DNA from: Candidatus Omnitrophota bacterium
Lineage (GTDB): Bacteria > Omnitrophota > Gorgyraeia > Zapsychrales > Fredricksoniimonadaceae
DNA length: 64,000 nucleotides
Assembly: GCA_016201795.1 (NCBI GenBank)
Contig: JACQCF010000010.1
Location: 15,095-79,094 of the forward strand
Direction of reading: 5' to 3'
The position numbers were made by a program, and so were the translations under genes. Every line of letters begins with the position of its first letter. Positions within the stretch are counted from its first letter, which is position 1. Under the pieces are notes generated by a model. That model ran no database searches, was not told the origin of the DNA, and saw nothing but the letters and a program-made list of their open reading frames with translations. Of this stretch, positions 9,572-18,969 are shown one piece after another.

Positions 9572-10234
9572 CTACTTGGGGATTGTTTCTCCTTTGAGTA
9601 TATCCGCCAGAGGGGTGGTGTCAATCCTCAACCCCCCGTCGTGCTCAATGTTAATCGTATACAGATAGCCGGGGATAAAAACCACCCCGGGAGCTTCAAT
9701 CTGAACATTCTTGATGCCGGCGCGGGCGGCGGCCTGTTGATCAAAAGCATAATGCCAGAACTGGCGCCAGAAATGGTTTTCAAAAAAGGCGGGTTTACTG
9801 CTCACTTGATAGCCGCCAGGGACCTCTTCCAGGTAAGTGATGGGAAATTCTTTGGTGCTGGCTCCATCGAGACAGAAGACTTTCCAGAATAAATAAACGC
9901 TTTTGCCCCGCAGACGATCGCCGGCCGCTACAAAACGATCATCAAAGCGCACCACCAGCGACTGAAACTGAATGATATTGCCGGGGAAGGTAAAATATTT
10001 CGGTGTCAGCGGCTTTCCTTTAGTATCGTATTCGAGGAATTTGATGGTGGTGAAATTCTTTTTAAACTCTTCATTGTAATTAACGCCGACGACCAGCACC
10101 TGGGCCACGCGCGAGCTGGCCTCCAGGCGGGCAATGATCTGCGTCAGGACATTCTGTTCATAAAAACGGCGGGCCAAAAGAACGCCCGCCGCAATAATTA
10201 TTATCAGAATAACAAAGTATCTGATATTTTTCAT
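9572..10234 (-). CDS. Hypothetical protein with N-terminal membrane anchor
   Basis: 220-aa ORF in operon orientation; hydrophobic N-terminus. Confidence 0.7.
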   Translation of the reverse strand: MKNIRYFVILIIIIAAGVLLARRFYEQNVLTQIIARLEASSRVAQVLVVGVNYNEEFKKNFTTIKFLEYDTKGKPLTPKYFTFPGNIIQFQSLVVRFDDRFVAAGDRLRGKSVYLFWKVFCLDGASTKEFPITYLEEVPGGYQVSSKPAFFENHFWRQFWHYAFDQQAAARAGIKNVQIEAPGVVFIPGYLYTINIEHDGGLRIDTTPLADILKGETIPK

Positions 10235-10246
10235 GGGTATCTGCCG

Positions 10247-10729
10247 TTAGGGTGCGGTCTGCGAATTGGTCTGGGACCCTGCTGGCTGCTGTGTTTCTTG
10301 ATGCTCTTTCTGAACTCGTCGGTGATGACGACGGCGCTGCCGGTGATCTTGATTTAAATCGCGGCGCTCCTTGTGAATTTTTCGGCGGTCGCTGCGCTTT
10401 TCCTGCCCGCCTTCTCTCTTGAGCTGGCGCAATTGTTTTTTTAACTCCTGCACCTTTGCTGTATCCCCTGCGGCTCTGGCCTGGCGGATTTGTTCGCGTA
10501 AATCCTTTTCCTGCTGACTCATCTCCTGCTTGTCGGCTTTTAAATTCCGGATGTCTGATTTTAACTGCTCGTGGTCCTGTTTAATGTCCGCCTTGAGAGG
10601 CCCCGACGGCGCATTGCCCGTCGAAGAATCCCCGCCTGCCGGCGAGGCAGGCTGAGCATATGCTAAAGATCCCGCCGCCAGCAAAAAGCCAAATGTGATG
10701 GTTGGAATGAGCCCTCTGTGTTGTTTCAT
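10247..10729 (-). CDS. Secreted, charged coiled-coil hypothetical protein
   Basis: Signal peptide ending AYA; K/Q/R/E-rich helical body; GGAG RBS. Confidence 0.7.
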   Translation of the reverse strand: MKQHRGLIPTITFGFLLAAGSLAYAQPASPAGGDSSTGNAPSGPLKADIKQDHEQLKSDIRNLKADKQEMSQQEKDLREQIRQARAAGDTAKVQELKKQLRQLKREGGQEKRSDRRKIHKERRDLNQDHRQRRRHHRRVQKEHQETQQPAGSQTNSQTAP

Positions 10730-10842
10730 AAAAATCTCCCCTCTCTAAATAAAGTTAAATTTTGGTTTATTATAACGCCTATTTTCCTTTTTTCAAACCT
10801 TTCCTTTTCTTCTGCAATAAACGGTTTTATGATAGAGAACAT

Positions 10843-11472
10843 ATGGAACAGCTCAAACACTTGGTGGATGTTTTTGTTCATCTGGACCATTACATCAGCA
10901 ACCTCAATGCTGCCTGCGGCACCTGGACCTACGCGATTGTCTTCGTCATTATTTTTTGCGAGACGGGGCTGGTGGTGCTGCCGTTTCTGCCCGGGGATTC
11001 TCTGCTGTTTGTGCTGGGGGCTCTGTCGGCCGTGGGGACATTGCATCTGGGATGGTTGTGGTTTTTACTGACAGCCGCCGCCGTGCTAGGCAATACGCTC
11101 AATTATTTTATCGGCACCAAAATGGCTGATATCGTTGCAAAAGCAAATCAGAAACTCATCAAACCGCAGCATCTTAAGCGCACTCATCAGTTTTTTGAAA
11201 AATACGGCGCCAAAACAATTATCCTGACGCGTTTTTTGCCTATTTTGCGCAGCGTCGCGCCATTCTTAGCCGGCGTCGGGCAAATGGATTATCGCCAATT
11301 TACCATTTATAATTTCGTCGGTGGTTTCCTGTGGGTCTCGGTAGGGCTTTGGTCTGGCTACTGGTTCGGCCGCCTGCCGTGGGTGAGGGAAAACTTTTCG
11401 CTGGTGATTGTCGCCATCGTCGTCATTTCGCTCATCCCCGCCGCTCTAGAATTTCTTAAGCGCAAAGCCTAA
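10843..11472 (+). CDS. DedA family membrane protein
   Basis: ETGLVVLPFLPGDSLLF, RFLPILR; ATG at 10843 preferred over the ORF-track start. Confidence 0.93.
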   Translation: MEQLKHLVDVFVHLDHYISNLNAACGTWTYAIVFVIIFCETGLVVLPFLPGDSLLFVLGALSAVGTLHLGWLWFLLTAAAVLGNTLNYFIGTKMADIVAKANQKLIKPQHLKRTHQFFEKYGAKTIILTRFLPILRSVAPFLAGVGQMDYRQFTIYNFVGGFLWVSVGLWSGYWFGRLPWVRENFSLVIVAIVVISLIPAALEFLKRKA

Positions 11473-13037
11473 AATTCATACTCCATCACCCATTTCAATT
11501 TCCCGTCAGGCGAAGCGGGGGATATACCAAAAAGATATCCAATATCATACCTGAGGTGACGACCGATTTTACCATACAAATTAGGCCCGATTTGATGACC
11601 CTGCTGTTTATACGGATTATGCAAACGCACTTCTCCAAAATCCGCATGGTATTCGAACCCCGGTTGCAGATATCTTTTCCATAAATATTTACTCGACCAG
11701 GCGACCCTGGCTTCGGTGGTTTTGGTTTTTCCATCATAAGCCCTGGTTTCTTTTTCCGTAATCAAATTGGCTGTGTGCACAAAACGGGCCATGGTCTTTT
11801 CTAAAAGGATTTTACCTTCCAGGGCATCAGGTTGGTCGTGCACAAAAGATTGTTCATATTCCAGATACAACCCCGCATCCAGCCAATACTGTCCCTGTTC
11901 GGTCAACTGATAGCGGTTTTCCCAGGCTAAATTTTTGAACTTGGGCTTAGACATTGCCCCGTCCTCGTCGGGAGATTGTTCAACTCTGCCACCGAGTTCT
12001 GTAGCCCATCGGTCCGTAACGCCATAGCCCAGTAAGTATTTTTCCTGGCGGGCATTGTTCTTACTGGCCCGGTTATCGAAGCCATACGAACCTTGTATCT
12101 CAAATTCCCGCTCGCCCTGCACCACCAGAGGGGAATACACTTTCACATCATCCGCCCGAGCTTCAGGCCAATGCCCTGCAGCCACAGACACCAAAGCCGC
12201 TGCAATGATCGTCGCTATTTTCTTGGAATGATGGGATGGTGGACGGCCATAAAACTTTAAGGCCACCGCCAGTCCTGCGATCGTTGACAGAAAAGTTAAA
12301 AGCTGTATCCCCGAGGGCCTTTCGCTGTAGCCACCCATCACATGCATGACTTTGCCCAGGATGCTGTTTTCCGAGACCAGCCAGGAAGTATCCCAAACCG
12401 TTGTCACCAGTTCAGGAACCTTGCCGGCCGCAGCCAAATATCCAAATCCGGAAGCTACCATGCCCGCGACTAAAAAAATCAGAAGCCAATTGGTGACCGT
12501 AAAAATCTTTTTCATGGGGATTTTCATCAAACCGTAATAAATGGCCATGCCCACCGATGCCCCTGCGCACATACCTAATAAAGCACCAATGGTTAATTGA
12601 TAAATCTTGCCGCCAGTCACCAGGGCGCTGTAAATAAACATGACGATCTCCGCCCCCTCACGCAGAACAGCCAATCCAACGACGGTGGCCAGGGTATACA
12701 TAGGCTCACGTTTGGATTTGACCTGTTCGCCGACATGTTTAAAATGCTGGGTTAAATGGCGGCCATGGCGGCTCATCCACAGCACGGTCCAGGCAATCAA
12801 AAAGGCAGCGGTAAAAAGAATGATGGCGTTCATGACCTCCTGGCCCATACCTTCAAAAGCCGCCGAGATGACATCCGCAAAAACGGCGATCACGCACGCG
12901 CCAGCTAAACCCGCCAACAGCCCCATCCACACCCACGGAGTCCGTTTAGGCAACCCTCGGGTCGCCGCTAACAGCACTCCCACAATAAGCGCGATCTCCA
13001 ACACTTCCCTGAATATAACAATAGCAATGGATAACAT
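11469..13037 (-). CDS. FTR1/EfeU-type iron permease fused to a C-terminal putative outer-membrane beta-barrel domain
   Basis: Two RExxE motifs (REVLE, REGAE); internal signal-like segment ending ARA; amphipathic beta-strand domain ending YEF. Confidence 0.85.
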   Translation of the reverse strand: MLSIAIVIFREVLEIALIVGVLLAATRGLPKRTPWVWMGLLAGLAGACVIAVFADVISAAFEGMGQEVMNAIILFTAAFLIAWTVLWMSRHGRHLTQHFKHVGEQVKSKREPMYTLATVVGLAVLREGAEIVMFIYSALVTGGKIYQLTIGALLGMCAGASVGMAIYYGLMKIPMKKIFTVTNWLLIFLVAGMVASGFGYLAAAGKVPELVTTVWDTSWLVSENSILGKVMHVMGGYSERPSGIQLLTFLSTIAGLAVALKFYGRPPSHHSKKIATIIAAALVSVAAGHWPEARADDVKVYSPLVVQGEREFEIQGSYGFDNRASKNNARQEKYLLGYGVTDRWATELGGRVEQSPDEDGAMSKPKFKNLAWENRYQLTEQGQYWLDAGLYLEYEQSFVHDQPDALEGKILLEKTMARFVHTANLITEKETRAYDGKTKTTEARVAWSSKYLWKRYLQPGFEYHADFGEVRLHNPYKQQGHQIGPNLYGKIGRHLRYDIGYLFGISPASPDGKLKWVMEYEF

Positions 13038-13044
13038 AGCGGGA

Positions 13045-13377
13045 TTACTCCACGTTTATCTGTCCCTGTGCGGTCTCTTTGTGAAAGTCCCCAAAAAATT
13101 TATAAGTACCTGCTTTTAAAGGCCCGATAAAAACAACAATCTTGCCCTTACCCGTTACAACTTTTTCACGATTAAGCTCAAAGCTTTCAAATTCTTCCGG
13201 GGTGGCGTCTTGATTTTCAATAAGGATTTTGACCTTCGTATTGGCGGGGATGGTCAACCGGGCGGGCTCAAACTTGTGATCTTTAATCACCAGCCCGTAC
13301 GGCTCTTGGCTGGCGAAAGCCAAAGCCGGAAGCCAGATAAGAATCCCTACAATGATATCAACGGTTAAACGGCGCAT
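13045..13377 (-). CDS. Periplasmic cupredoxin-domain protein (EfeO-N/FtrB-like)
   Basis: Signal peptide, FEPARLTIPA, EEFES, GTYKFFGDFH; adjacent to FTR1. Confidence 0.85.
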   Translation of the reverse strand: MRRLTVDIIVGILIWLPALAFASQEPYGLVIKDHKFEPARLTIPANTKVKILIENQDATPEEFESFELNREKVVTGKGKIVVFIGPLKAGTYKFFGDFHKETAQGQINVE

Positions 13378-13384
13378 GAGTTTA

Positions 13385-13413
13385 TTAAATACGTTATTGA
13401 ATAACTTATTTAA
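13385..13413. promoter_or_regulatory. AT-rich 14-1-14 inverted repeat, candidate metal-regulator operator
   Basis: TTAAATACGTTATT-G-AATAACTTATTTAA (one mismatch) immediately upstream of the cupredoxin-FTR1 operon. Confidence 0.55.
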
Positions 13414-13472
13414 AGCCAATGTTAACAAAAAACTAAGTCATGTCAAGAGGATTTTATGGGGATTAAACTGCG

Positions 13473-14885
13473 TCATGGAGCAACGTGAATGACTTCTGCT
13501 TTAAGAATCTCCAAGAAGATCTCCACCACATCCGGATGGAATTGAGTGCCCCGATGGGCGACCAATTGTTCTATGGCCTGCTCTCTGGTCATGGCACAAC
13601 GATAGGGACGCGTGGAGGTCATGGCATCATAACTGTCGGCGACCGTCACAATGGCAACCAGTAAAGGAATCTGCTCTCTGCTCCAGCCGTCGGGATAGCC
13701 TTTGCCGTCGTAGCGTTCATGGTGATTGCGAACAATGGAAAGCATCTGCGGATCATTGAGAATGGGTTTTAAAATCTGCTCGCCTAAAACCGGATGCAGC
13801 TTGATGGATTCCCATTCGTTCTCATCGAGCTTGCCGGGTTTAAGCAAAATGCTGTCGCGCACGCCCACCTTACCGATATCATGCAAAAGCACAACGCGTT
13901 TAAAATAGTCGATGGTCTTAGGGTTTATGCCCATCCGTAAAGCCATTTTCTCCGCATAATAGGCCACCGCCTCAGAATGCCCCAGCGTGTAATGGTCCCT
14001 GGCTTCCAGCAGCATCACTAGAGATTTGGCGGTGTCATAAAAATAACTCAACAATTTCTGACGGGACTCGTGAAGGCCTTTGGCCATGTCGTTAAACGCT
14101 TTGGCCAACTGGGCGATTTCATCGTCACCGACCACCTGCACCTGATGATGCAAATTGCCTTCATTAATATATTTGATGCCGGTTTTGAGCTGATGAATAG
14201 GCCCTGTTACGCGACGAGAAACAATGATCCCCAGCACAATGGAAAAAAGAATGCCAGCCAAAAGAATGATCATTGATCTTTTACGGATTTCAGATTCCAT
14301 TATGTAAATATCCCTGGCATCCATATCTACCCCCAACACGGCAATGGGCTTGCCCAGACTGTCGCGGATGGGAGCGTATCCTGAGAGCGTTGTCCCCCAC
14401 TCATCTGTTTCCAGTTTGCGGTCGGCGGAAGGAGCCTCAAAGCCTTTGAGCATTTCGCTAAACCGGCTGGCGTCATAAGGCGTACCTGGCACAGAACCAG
14501 CTACGGTGGCTCTGCCTGCTACGGGGATGACGTCTAAATCAACAATAAATTTCCAGGCCTTGCCGGCATCCGTACGGGTTAAAATATAAATGTATTCAAT
14601 TTGGGGATTGGCCGCTTTGATTTTCTTAAGCTGATCGCTGATAATCGCGTAAGCCTGGGTGTTCACCCCCTGCCTGGTCAAAGGAATCTGCTGTAAATAT
14701 TCGGCATTAATCATAATCGCCGCGGTCTGGGCGATGGTTTTAAGACGGGTGCGTAAATCTTCGAATTGGGATTTGACGGTAAACTTATAAATAAGACTGT
14801 CGCTTAAAATAACAACGATAGCCATGGAGGCAATCATGGCCAGCGTTACGCGCACACCAAATAAACGCCAAGGTTTTCTTATCAT
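13473..14885 (-). CDS. Membrane HD-GYP phosphodiesterase with periplasmic sensor and HAMP domain
   Basis: Two TM segments, HAMP (DEIAQLAKAFNDM), HDIGK, HHERYDGKGYP. Confidence 0.9.
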   Translation of the reverse strand: MIRKPWRLFGVRVTLAMIASMAIVVILSDSLIYKFTVKSQFEDLRTRLKTIAQTAAIMINAEYLQQIPLTRQGVNTQAYAIISDQLKKIKAANPQIEYIYILTRTDAGKAWKFIVDLDVIPVAGRATVAGSVPGTPYDASRFSEMLKGFEAPSADRKLETDEWGTTLSGYAPIRDSLGKPIAVLGVDMDARDIYIMESEIRKRSMIILLAGILFSIVLGIIVSRRVTGPIHQLKTGIKYINEGNLHHQVQVVGDDEIAQLAKAFNDMAKGLHESRQKLLSYFYDTAKSLVMLLEARDHYTLGHSEAVAYYAEKMALRMGINPKTIDYFKRVVLLHDIGKVGVRDSILLKPGKLDENEWESIKLHPVLGEQILKPILNDPQMLSIVRNHHERYDGKGYPDGWSREQIPLLVAIVTVADSYDAMTSTRPYRCAMTREQAIEQLVAHRGTQFHPDVVEIFLEILKAEVIHVAP

Positions 14886-14989
14886 TGCATCGCCCCCTTT
14901 AGATAAAGCAGAGGCCGTAGTCTTCAGTCTTTACAGAAAGTATATCATATATTTTATCGATTGGCCGTCGATTTTATGGGGGGACAATA

Positions 14990-15019
14990 GAAAAGGCCCA
15001 GGGGTGCCCCTGGGCCTTT
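14990..15019 (-). terminator. Intrinsic terminator after the cold-shock gene
   Basis: AAAGGCCCAGGGG-TG-CCCCTGGGCCTTT hairpin with a U-tract on the minus strand. Confidence 0.8.
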
Positions 15020-15044
15020 CATTGTTGTCATTGGCAACTTTAGT

Positions 15045-15245
15045 TTACAATTTCACAACGTTCTGAGCTTGTTCTCCTTTAGGGCCGGTGGTGATATCAA
15101 ACTCAACCGCCTGACCTTCGCTCAATGATTTGTATCCATCGCCTTGAATTGCGCTGTGATGGACAAATACATCTTTGCCATTTTCGGGAGTAATGAAGCC
15201 AAAACCTTTTTGGTCACTAAACCATTTTACTGTTCCTTTAGCCAT
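15045..15245 (-). CDS. Cold-shock protein
   Basis: [22 protein letters not shown]. Confidence 0.97.
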   Translation of the reverse strand: MAKGTVKWFSDQKGFGFITPENGKDVFVHHSAIQGDGYKSLSEGQAVEFDITTGPKGEQAQNVVKL

Positions 15246-15413
15246 TATTTACTACCTCCTTTTCCTAGAATTTCGAGTAAATAACGGCAAAACAAAAAAA
15301 CCGCAAGGCGATTTATCCTTCCACCTTACGGCTTTAAGACTCTTCTGCTTTATTTACTACAACATAAGTATAAATGATGTTTCCATTTTTGTCAAATAAA
15401 TAATTGCCTTCAT

Positions 15414-16070
15414 TTATAAAACATATTTTAGCATCATCCAAAAATGACTGAAGCTTCCGGCCATAACAAAAAGATGCCATAGTTCGTGAGAGCCGAATTG
15501 AGCAGTAAAATGGGGGCGTTTTATATTGAAGATAACCGCCCCTACGGTGTAAAAAATCCCGCCTAAAACGAGCCAAAAAAGTCCCCCGTGGGGAAACACC
15601 CTGACCAATGGAAACCAGGCTATAATCATCAGCCACCCCATAATAATATAAAAAACAAAGAATAAAATAACAGCCCACCTGGACGGTTGGCGAAAAACCA
15701 ATTTTAAAACAATGCCCGTTATAGCCAGGACCCAATTAATACCTAATAAACTCCATCCCCATCCCCCGCGCAAAACAATTAAACAGACCGGAGTATACGT
15801 TCCCGCAATCAAAAAATAAATCATCGCATGATCAAGTTGCTCCAAAGTTCTGTTGACGGAGCTTGAAACATTTAAGGAATGGTAAAGGGTGCTTACCGTC
15901 CAAAGAGCAATTAAACTTATGCCATAAATACTAAAAGATACCACATGCCACACGGTCCCCTGGGTTACCGCACGATACACTAACAGAACAGAGCCAACAA
16001 CCGATAAACAAACAGCAGTGATGCCCATTAAACTACGAATAGGATATTTTAATCTATTGAACATTTTCAT
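15414..16070 (-). CDS. Hemolysin III/PAQR family membrane protein
   Basis: STLYH, LDHAMIYFLIAGTYTP, HELWHLFV. Confidence 0.92.
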   Translation of the reverse strand: MKMFNRLKYPIRSLMGITAVCLSVVGSVLLVYRAVTQGTVWHVVSFSIYGISLIALWTVSTLYHSLNVSSSVNRTLEQLDHAMIYFLIAGTYTPVCLIVLRGGWGWSLLGINWVLAITGIVLKLVFRQPSRWAVILFFVFYIIMGWLMIIAWFPLVRVFPHGGLFWLVLGGIFYTVGAVIFNIKRPHFTAQFGSHELWHLFVMAGSFSHFWMMLKYVL

Positions 16071-16092
16071 TACAGAGAGTTAGAGTCCAAAA

Positions 16093-16163
16093 TTGCCTCG
16101 CTAGGACTCGAACCTAGATACTGAGATCCAGAATCTCATGTCCTACCATTAGACGACAAGGCA
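16093..16163 (-). tRNA. tRNA-Gln(CTG)
   Basis: TGCCTTG acceptor stem, TGAGA-TTCTGGA-TCTCA anticodon arm, GGTTCGAGTCC T-arm. Confidence 0.92.
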
Positions 16164-16505
16164 AATTTCCTTAAAACTTTTTCTAGAGAGATTTGCCTTA
16201 GTCCCGAGCATCTGCTGCTTTATTGCTTGTGCGAGGGACAAGGCCTTTGTAGAATTCCTAATCAGCTCTTCTTTATTCTTTCTTGACCATTTTTTAATTT
16301 CCGCTTCTCTGCGCATTGCTTCAACACGTAAAGAAAACTTTTCCCAATAAACAATATTTTTTACACCAAATGTCTTAGTGTATCTAGCTCCTGTTCCCTT
16401 TTTATGCCTTAATAGCCTCTTGGATAAATCATTCGTCATGCCCGTATACAATGCGCCATTTTCACATTCCATCAAATATACATACCAATCATTATTATCC
16501 ACCAA
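16149..16505 (-). CDS. Small GIY-YIG nuclease family protein
   Basis: WYVY...LYTGMT...RLLRHKKGTGARYT...REAEIKKWSR; stop codon lies inside the tRNA 5' end. Confidence 0.88.
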   Translation of the reverse strand: MVDNNDWYVYLMECENGALYTGMTNDLSKRLLRHKKGTGARYTKTFGVKNIVYWEKFSLRVEAMRREAEIKKWSRKNKEELIRNSTKALSLAQAIKQQMLGTKANLSRKSFKEICLVV

Positions 16506-16596
16506 TCCCTCACTTCGTTCGGGATTAATTCGGCCTTATGGCTTACGTCGCTTTGCTTCCGTAAGTCATGGCCTCATTAATCAGACGACAAGGCAA
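16151..16596 (-). mobile_element. Putative minimal cassette: duplicated tRNA 5' end, hairpin element and GIY-YIG gene
   Basis: 14-bp direct repeat AGACGACAAGGCAA at 16151-16164 and 16583-16596. Confidence 0.65.
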
Positions 16597-16639
16597 GAAG
16601 TTTTTAAATGAAAAAACGATGGTGAGCAAAACCGAACCA

Positions 16640-16858
16640 TTACCACAAATTCTTCTGCATCCAGTCATCTGCCTTGCGCATTGCGCCTCGTGGTTTTTGG
16701 GCATCACCCTCGGCAAATGAATCAACCACGGCTTGACCTGCTTTACAGGTCGCTGTGCCGAGATTGTGTATATCCTTCTGTGCCCCTTTAACAGTTTCGC
16801 AACCGCTTAAAGCGCCTGCCAATAGCAGAATGCCAACACTCAAGACTATTTTATTCAT
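16640..16858 (-). CDS. Small lipoprotein (entericidin-like N-terminus)
   Basis: Lipobox LSGC followed by ETVKGAQKDI. Confidence 0.7.
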   Translation of the reverse strand: MNKIVLSVGILLLAGALSGCETVKGAQKDIHNLGTATCKAGQAVVDSFAEGDAQKPRGAMRKADDWMQKNLW

Positions 16859-16868
16859 GGATTTTTCC

Positions 16869-18215
16869 TCAATTAAAAGTTTTGCGCAAACGTTCAACGG
16901 TTCTGTGTTGGCCTAGAACAGCCATCGTATCGAAAAGCCCAGGTCCGACGGCACGCCCGGTCAAAGCCACCCTCACCGGATGAACCAAATCCCCTGCACT
17001 CATGCCCCATTGCCCCACCAGTCGGCGAAACGTCTCTTCAGCAGTCTTGGCGTTAAAATCACTTAAGCTGCTCAAAGCATCCGCCAAAAGGCCAAACTCT
17101 CTGGATTTATCCTGTGACAGATGTTTTTGCCTGGCTTCCTCGTCTAATTGCAGGTGATCCGCAAAAATAAAATCCGTCCATTCCAAAAAGTCCGTCAGTG
17201 TTACCATGCGACCTTTAAATAATTGTACAACATTTTCCAACCGTTGGCCATTCCCAAAGCCATTTAAAGGATATTTTTCTTTGAGCAGAGGCATGATCAA
17301 TGCGGCAAGTTTGGCCGTGTCCATTTCCTTAATATATTGACCGTTAAGCCACTTAAGCTTATCTAGTGAAAAGACGGCTCCGGCCTTATTGATTTTTTTA
17401 ATTGAAAAATTCTTGACCGCCGCGCTTAAGGTGATTTTCTCCTGATTATTGCCCGGCGACCAGCCTAACAGCATCAGGTAGTTGACCACCGCTTCGGGCA
17501 GAAAACCCCAACGACGATAGTCCGAGACCGCCACCGCCCCGGCGCGTTTGGACATGCGCGCGCGCTCATCGTCTAAAATCAAAGGCAAATGCGCGAATTT
17601 GGGAGGTTTAAACCCTAACGCTTCGTAAATGACAATTTGTTTAGGGGTATTGGAGATATGGTCTTCCCCGCGGATCACGCAGGAAATTTCCATGAGCGCA
17701 TCGTCGATGACGCAGGCAAAACTATAAGTCGGTGAGCCGTCGGATTTCATGAGAACCTGGTCTTTGATCTCTTTGGTGTCGAACTGAACTTCTCCCCGGA
17801 TAAGGTCAAACCATTTAATAATTCGTTGCGGCCCGCCATCCGATTCCTTATTCTTTACGGATGGCGAGGTCTCGCCAATCCAGCCTCGGGCGGGATTGGC
17901 GGACATCTTAAGGAGCACGGCCTCGCCGTCCTGGTAGGCCTTGCCTTGCTCTAAAAGTTTCTGCGCGTATTGACGGTAAAGGTCAAAGCGGTCGCTTTGT
18001 TTATAAAGCTCATCCCACTTGAGCCCCAGCCACTTCATGCTGTCTAAAATTTCGTCGAGAAACTCAACCCTAGAACGCGCCTTATCCGTGTCCTCGATAC
18101 GCAGAATGAATTTTCCTCCTTGCGCTTTCGCGTACATCCAATTAAACAGCGCGGTGCGCGCACCGCCTATATGCAAATACCCTGTGGGAGATGGAGCAAA
18201 ACGAACGCGGACCAT
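16869..18215 (-). CDS. gltX: Glutamate--tRNA ligase
   Basis: RFAPSPTGYLHIGG, IRGEDH, RMSKR. Confidence 0.96.
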   Translation of the reverse strand: MVRVRFAPSPTGYLHIGGARTALFNWMYAKAQGGKFILRIEDTDKARSRVEFLDEILDSMKWLGLKWDELYKQSDRFDLYRQYAQKLLEQGKAYQDGEAVLLKMSANPARGWIGETSPSVKNKESDGGPQRIIKWFDLIRGEVQFDTKEIKDQVLMKSDGSPTYSFACVIDDALMEISCVIRGEDHISNTPKQIVIYEALGFKPPKFAHLPLILDDERARMSKRAGAVAVSDYRRWGFLPEAVVNYLMLLGWSPGNNQEKITLSAAVKNFSIKKINKAGAVFSLDKLKWLNGQYIKEMDTAKLAALIMPLLKEKYPLNGFGNGQRLENVVQLFKGRMVTLTDFLEWTDFIFADHLQLDEEARQKHLSQDKSREFGLLADALSSLSDFNAKTAEETFRRLVGQWGMSAGDLVHPVRVALTGRAVGPGLFDTMAVLGQHRTVERLRKTFN

Positions 18216-18216
18216 A

Positions 18217-18576
18217 TTAATGATTCTTCTTGTTCTGAAGATCCATGAGTTTGGCGACTAAGCCCTGCAGGGTGGCTATTTGGGATTCACTTAATCCTTC
18301 AAAAACAATGACGACGGCGTAAAGTTTCTTCTCATTTTCTTCGCAGCGCAAAACACTGCCGAAACATTTTAAAGACATCCCTTTAAAAAAATCGATTTTT
18401 ACCTCGGCCTTGGCTCCCACCGTCAGTCTTTGATTCAAATACACCAGAAAACCGCCGGCGCCTATGTTAACCGTATCGGCCAATATAGTCTCAAAATTAT
18501 TCTCCTGCCATATGGTTAAAGAACAGGGATAGTTAGCTCTGGGGAATTTACGCTTGTTTTGATCAACCATAATCAA
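18217..18576 (-). CDS. PilZ domain protein
   Basis: RKFPR and NIGAGG motifs. Confidence 0.85.
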   Translation of the reverse strand: MIMVDQNKRKFPRANYPCSLTIWQENNFETILADTVNIGAGGFLVYLNQRLTVGAKAEVKIDFFKGMSLKCFGSVLRCEENEKKLYAVVIVFEGLSESQIATLQGLVAKLMDLQNKKNH

Positions 18577-18965
18577 TAAATCGCCCTGAGAACCTCAGCG
18601 CCGTTTTTAACAACTCTATTGATGGTTTCTTGAAGGTGCTCCTTGTGTTGACCAGCCAAATTCACAAATTCAATGCCCGTATCATAAAACATCGGTTTCA
18701 AGGCCTCTATGGATGTTCGCCGCACGACCCAAACCACTTTACCCCTCGTGCTGATATGATCGAACGCATCCAATAGATCAATCTCCACTTCCACGTCGGT
18801 AAAAATCTTGATCTCCTTCTTAATAATGACGCACACGCCCCCGAGGCCGATATTCTCCGTATGCGTCAAAAGATTTTCTGTCTTTTGGCCCGGGCAGGAA
18901 ATTTTAATCAAACACGGATAAATCACACGGGGGAATTGACGACGATTCAGGCCTTCCCAAGTCAT
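18573..18965 (-). CDS. PilZ domain protein
   Basis: RRQFPR, NIGLGG, GIEF; start MTWEG at 18965. Confidence 0.85.
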   Translation of the reverse strand: MTWEGLNRRQFPRVIYPCLIKISCPGQKTENLLTHTENIGLGGVCVIIKKEIKIFTDVEVEIDLLDAFDHISTRGKVVWVVRRTSIEALKPMFYDTGIEFVNLAGQHKEHLQETINRVVKNGAEVLRAIY

Positions 18966-18969
18966 AAGC

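Noticed and set aside
16151-16596. Group I intron with homing endonuclease in tRNA-Gln
   Set aside because: The tRNA is uninterrupted downstream, the upstream piece is only a duplicated 14-mer, and there is too little non-coding sequence for a ribozyme core.
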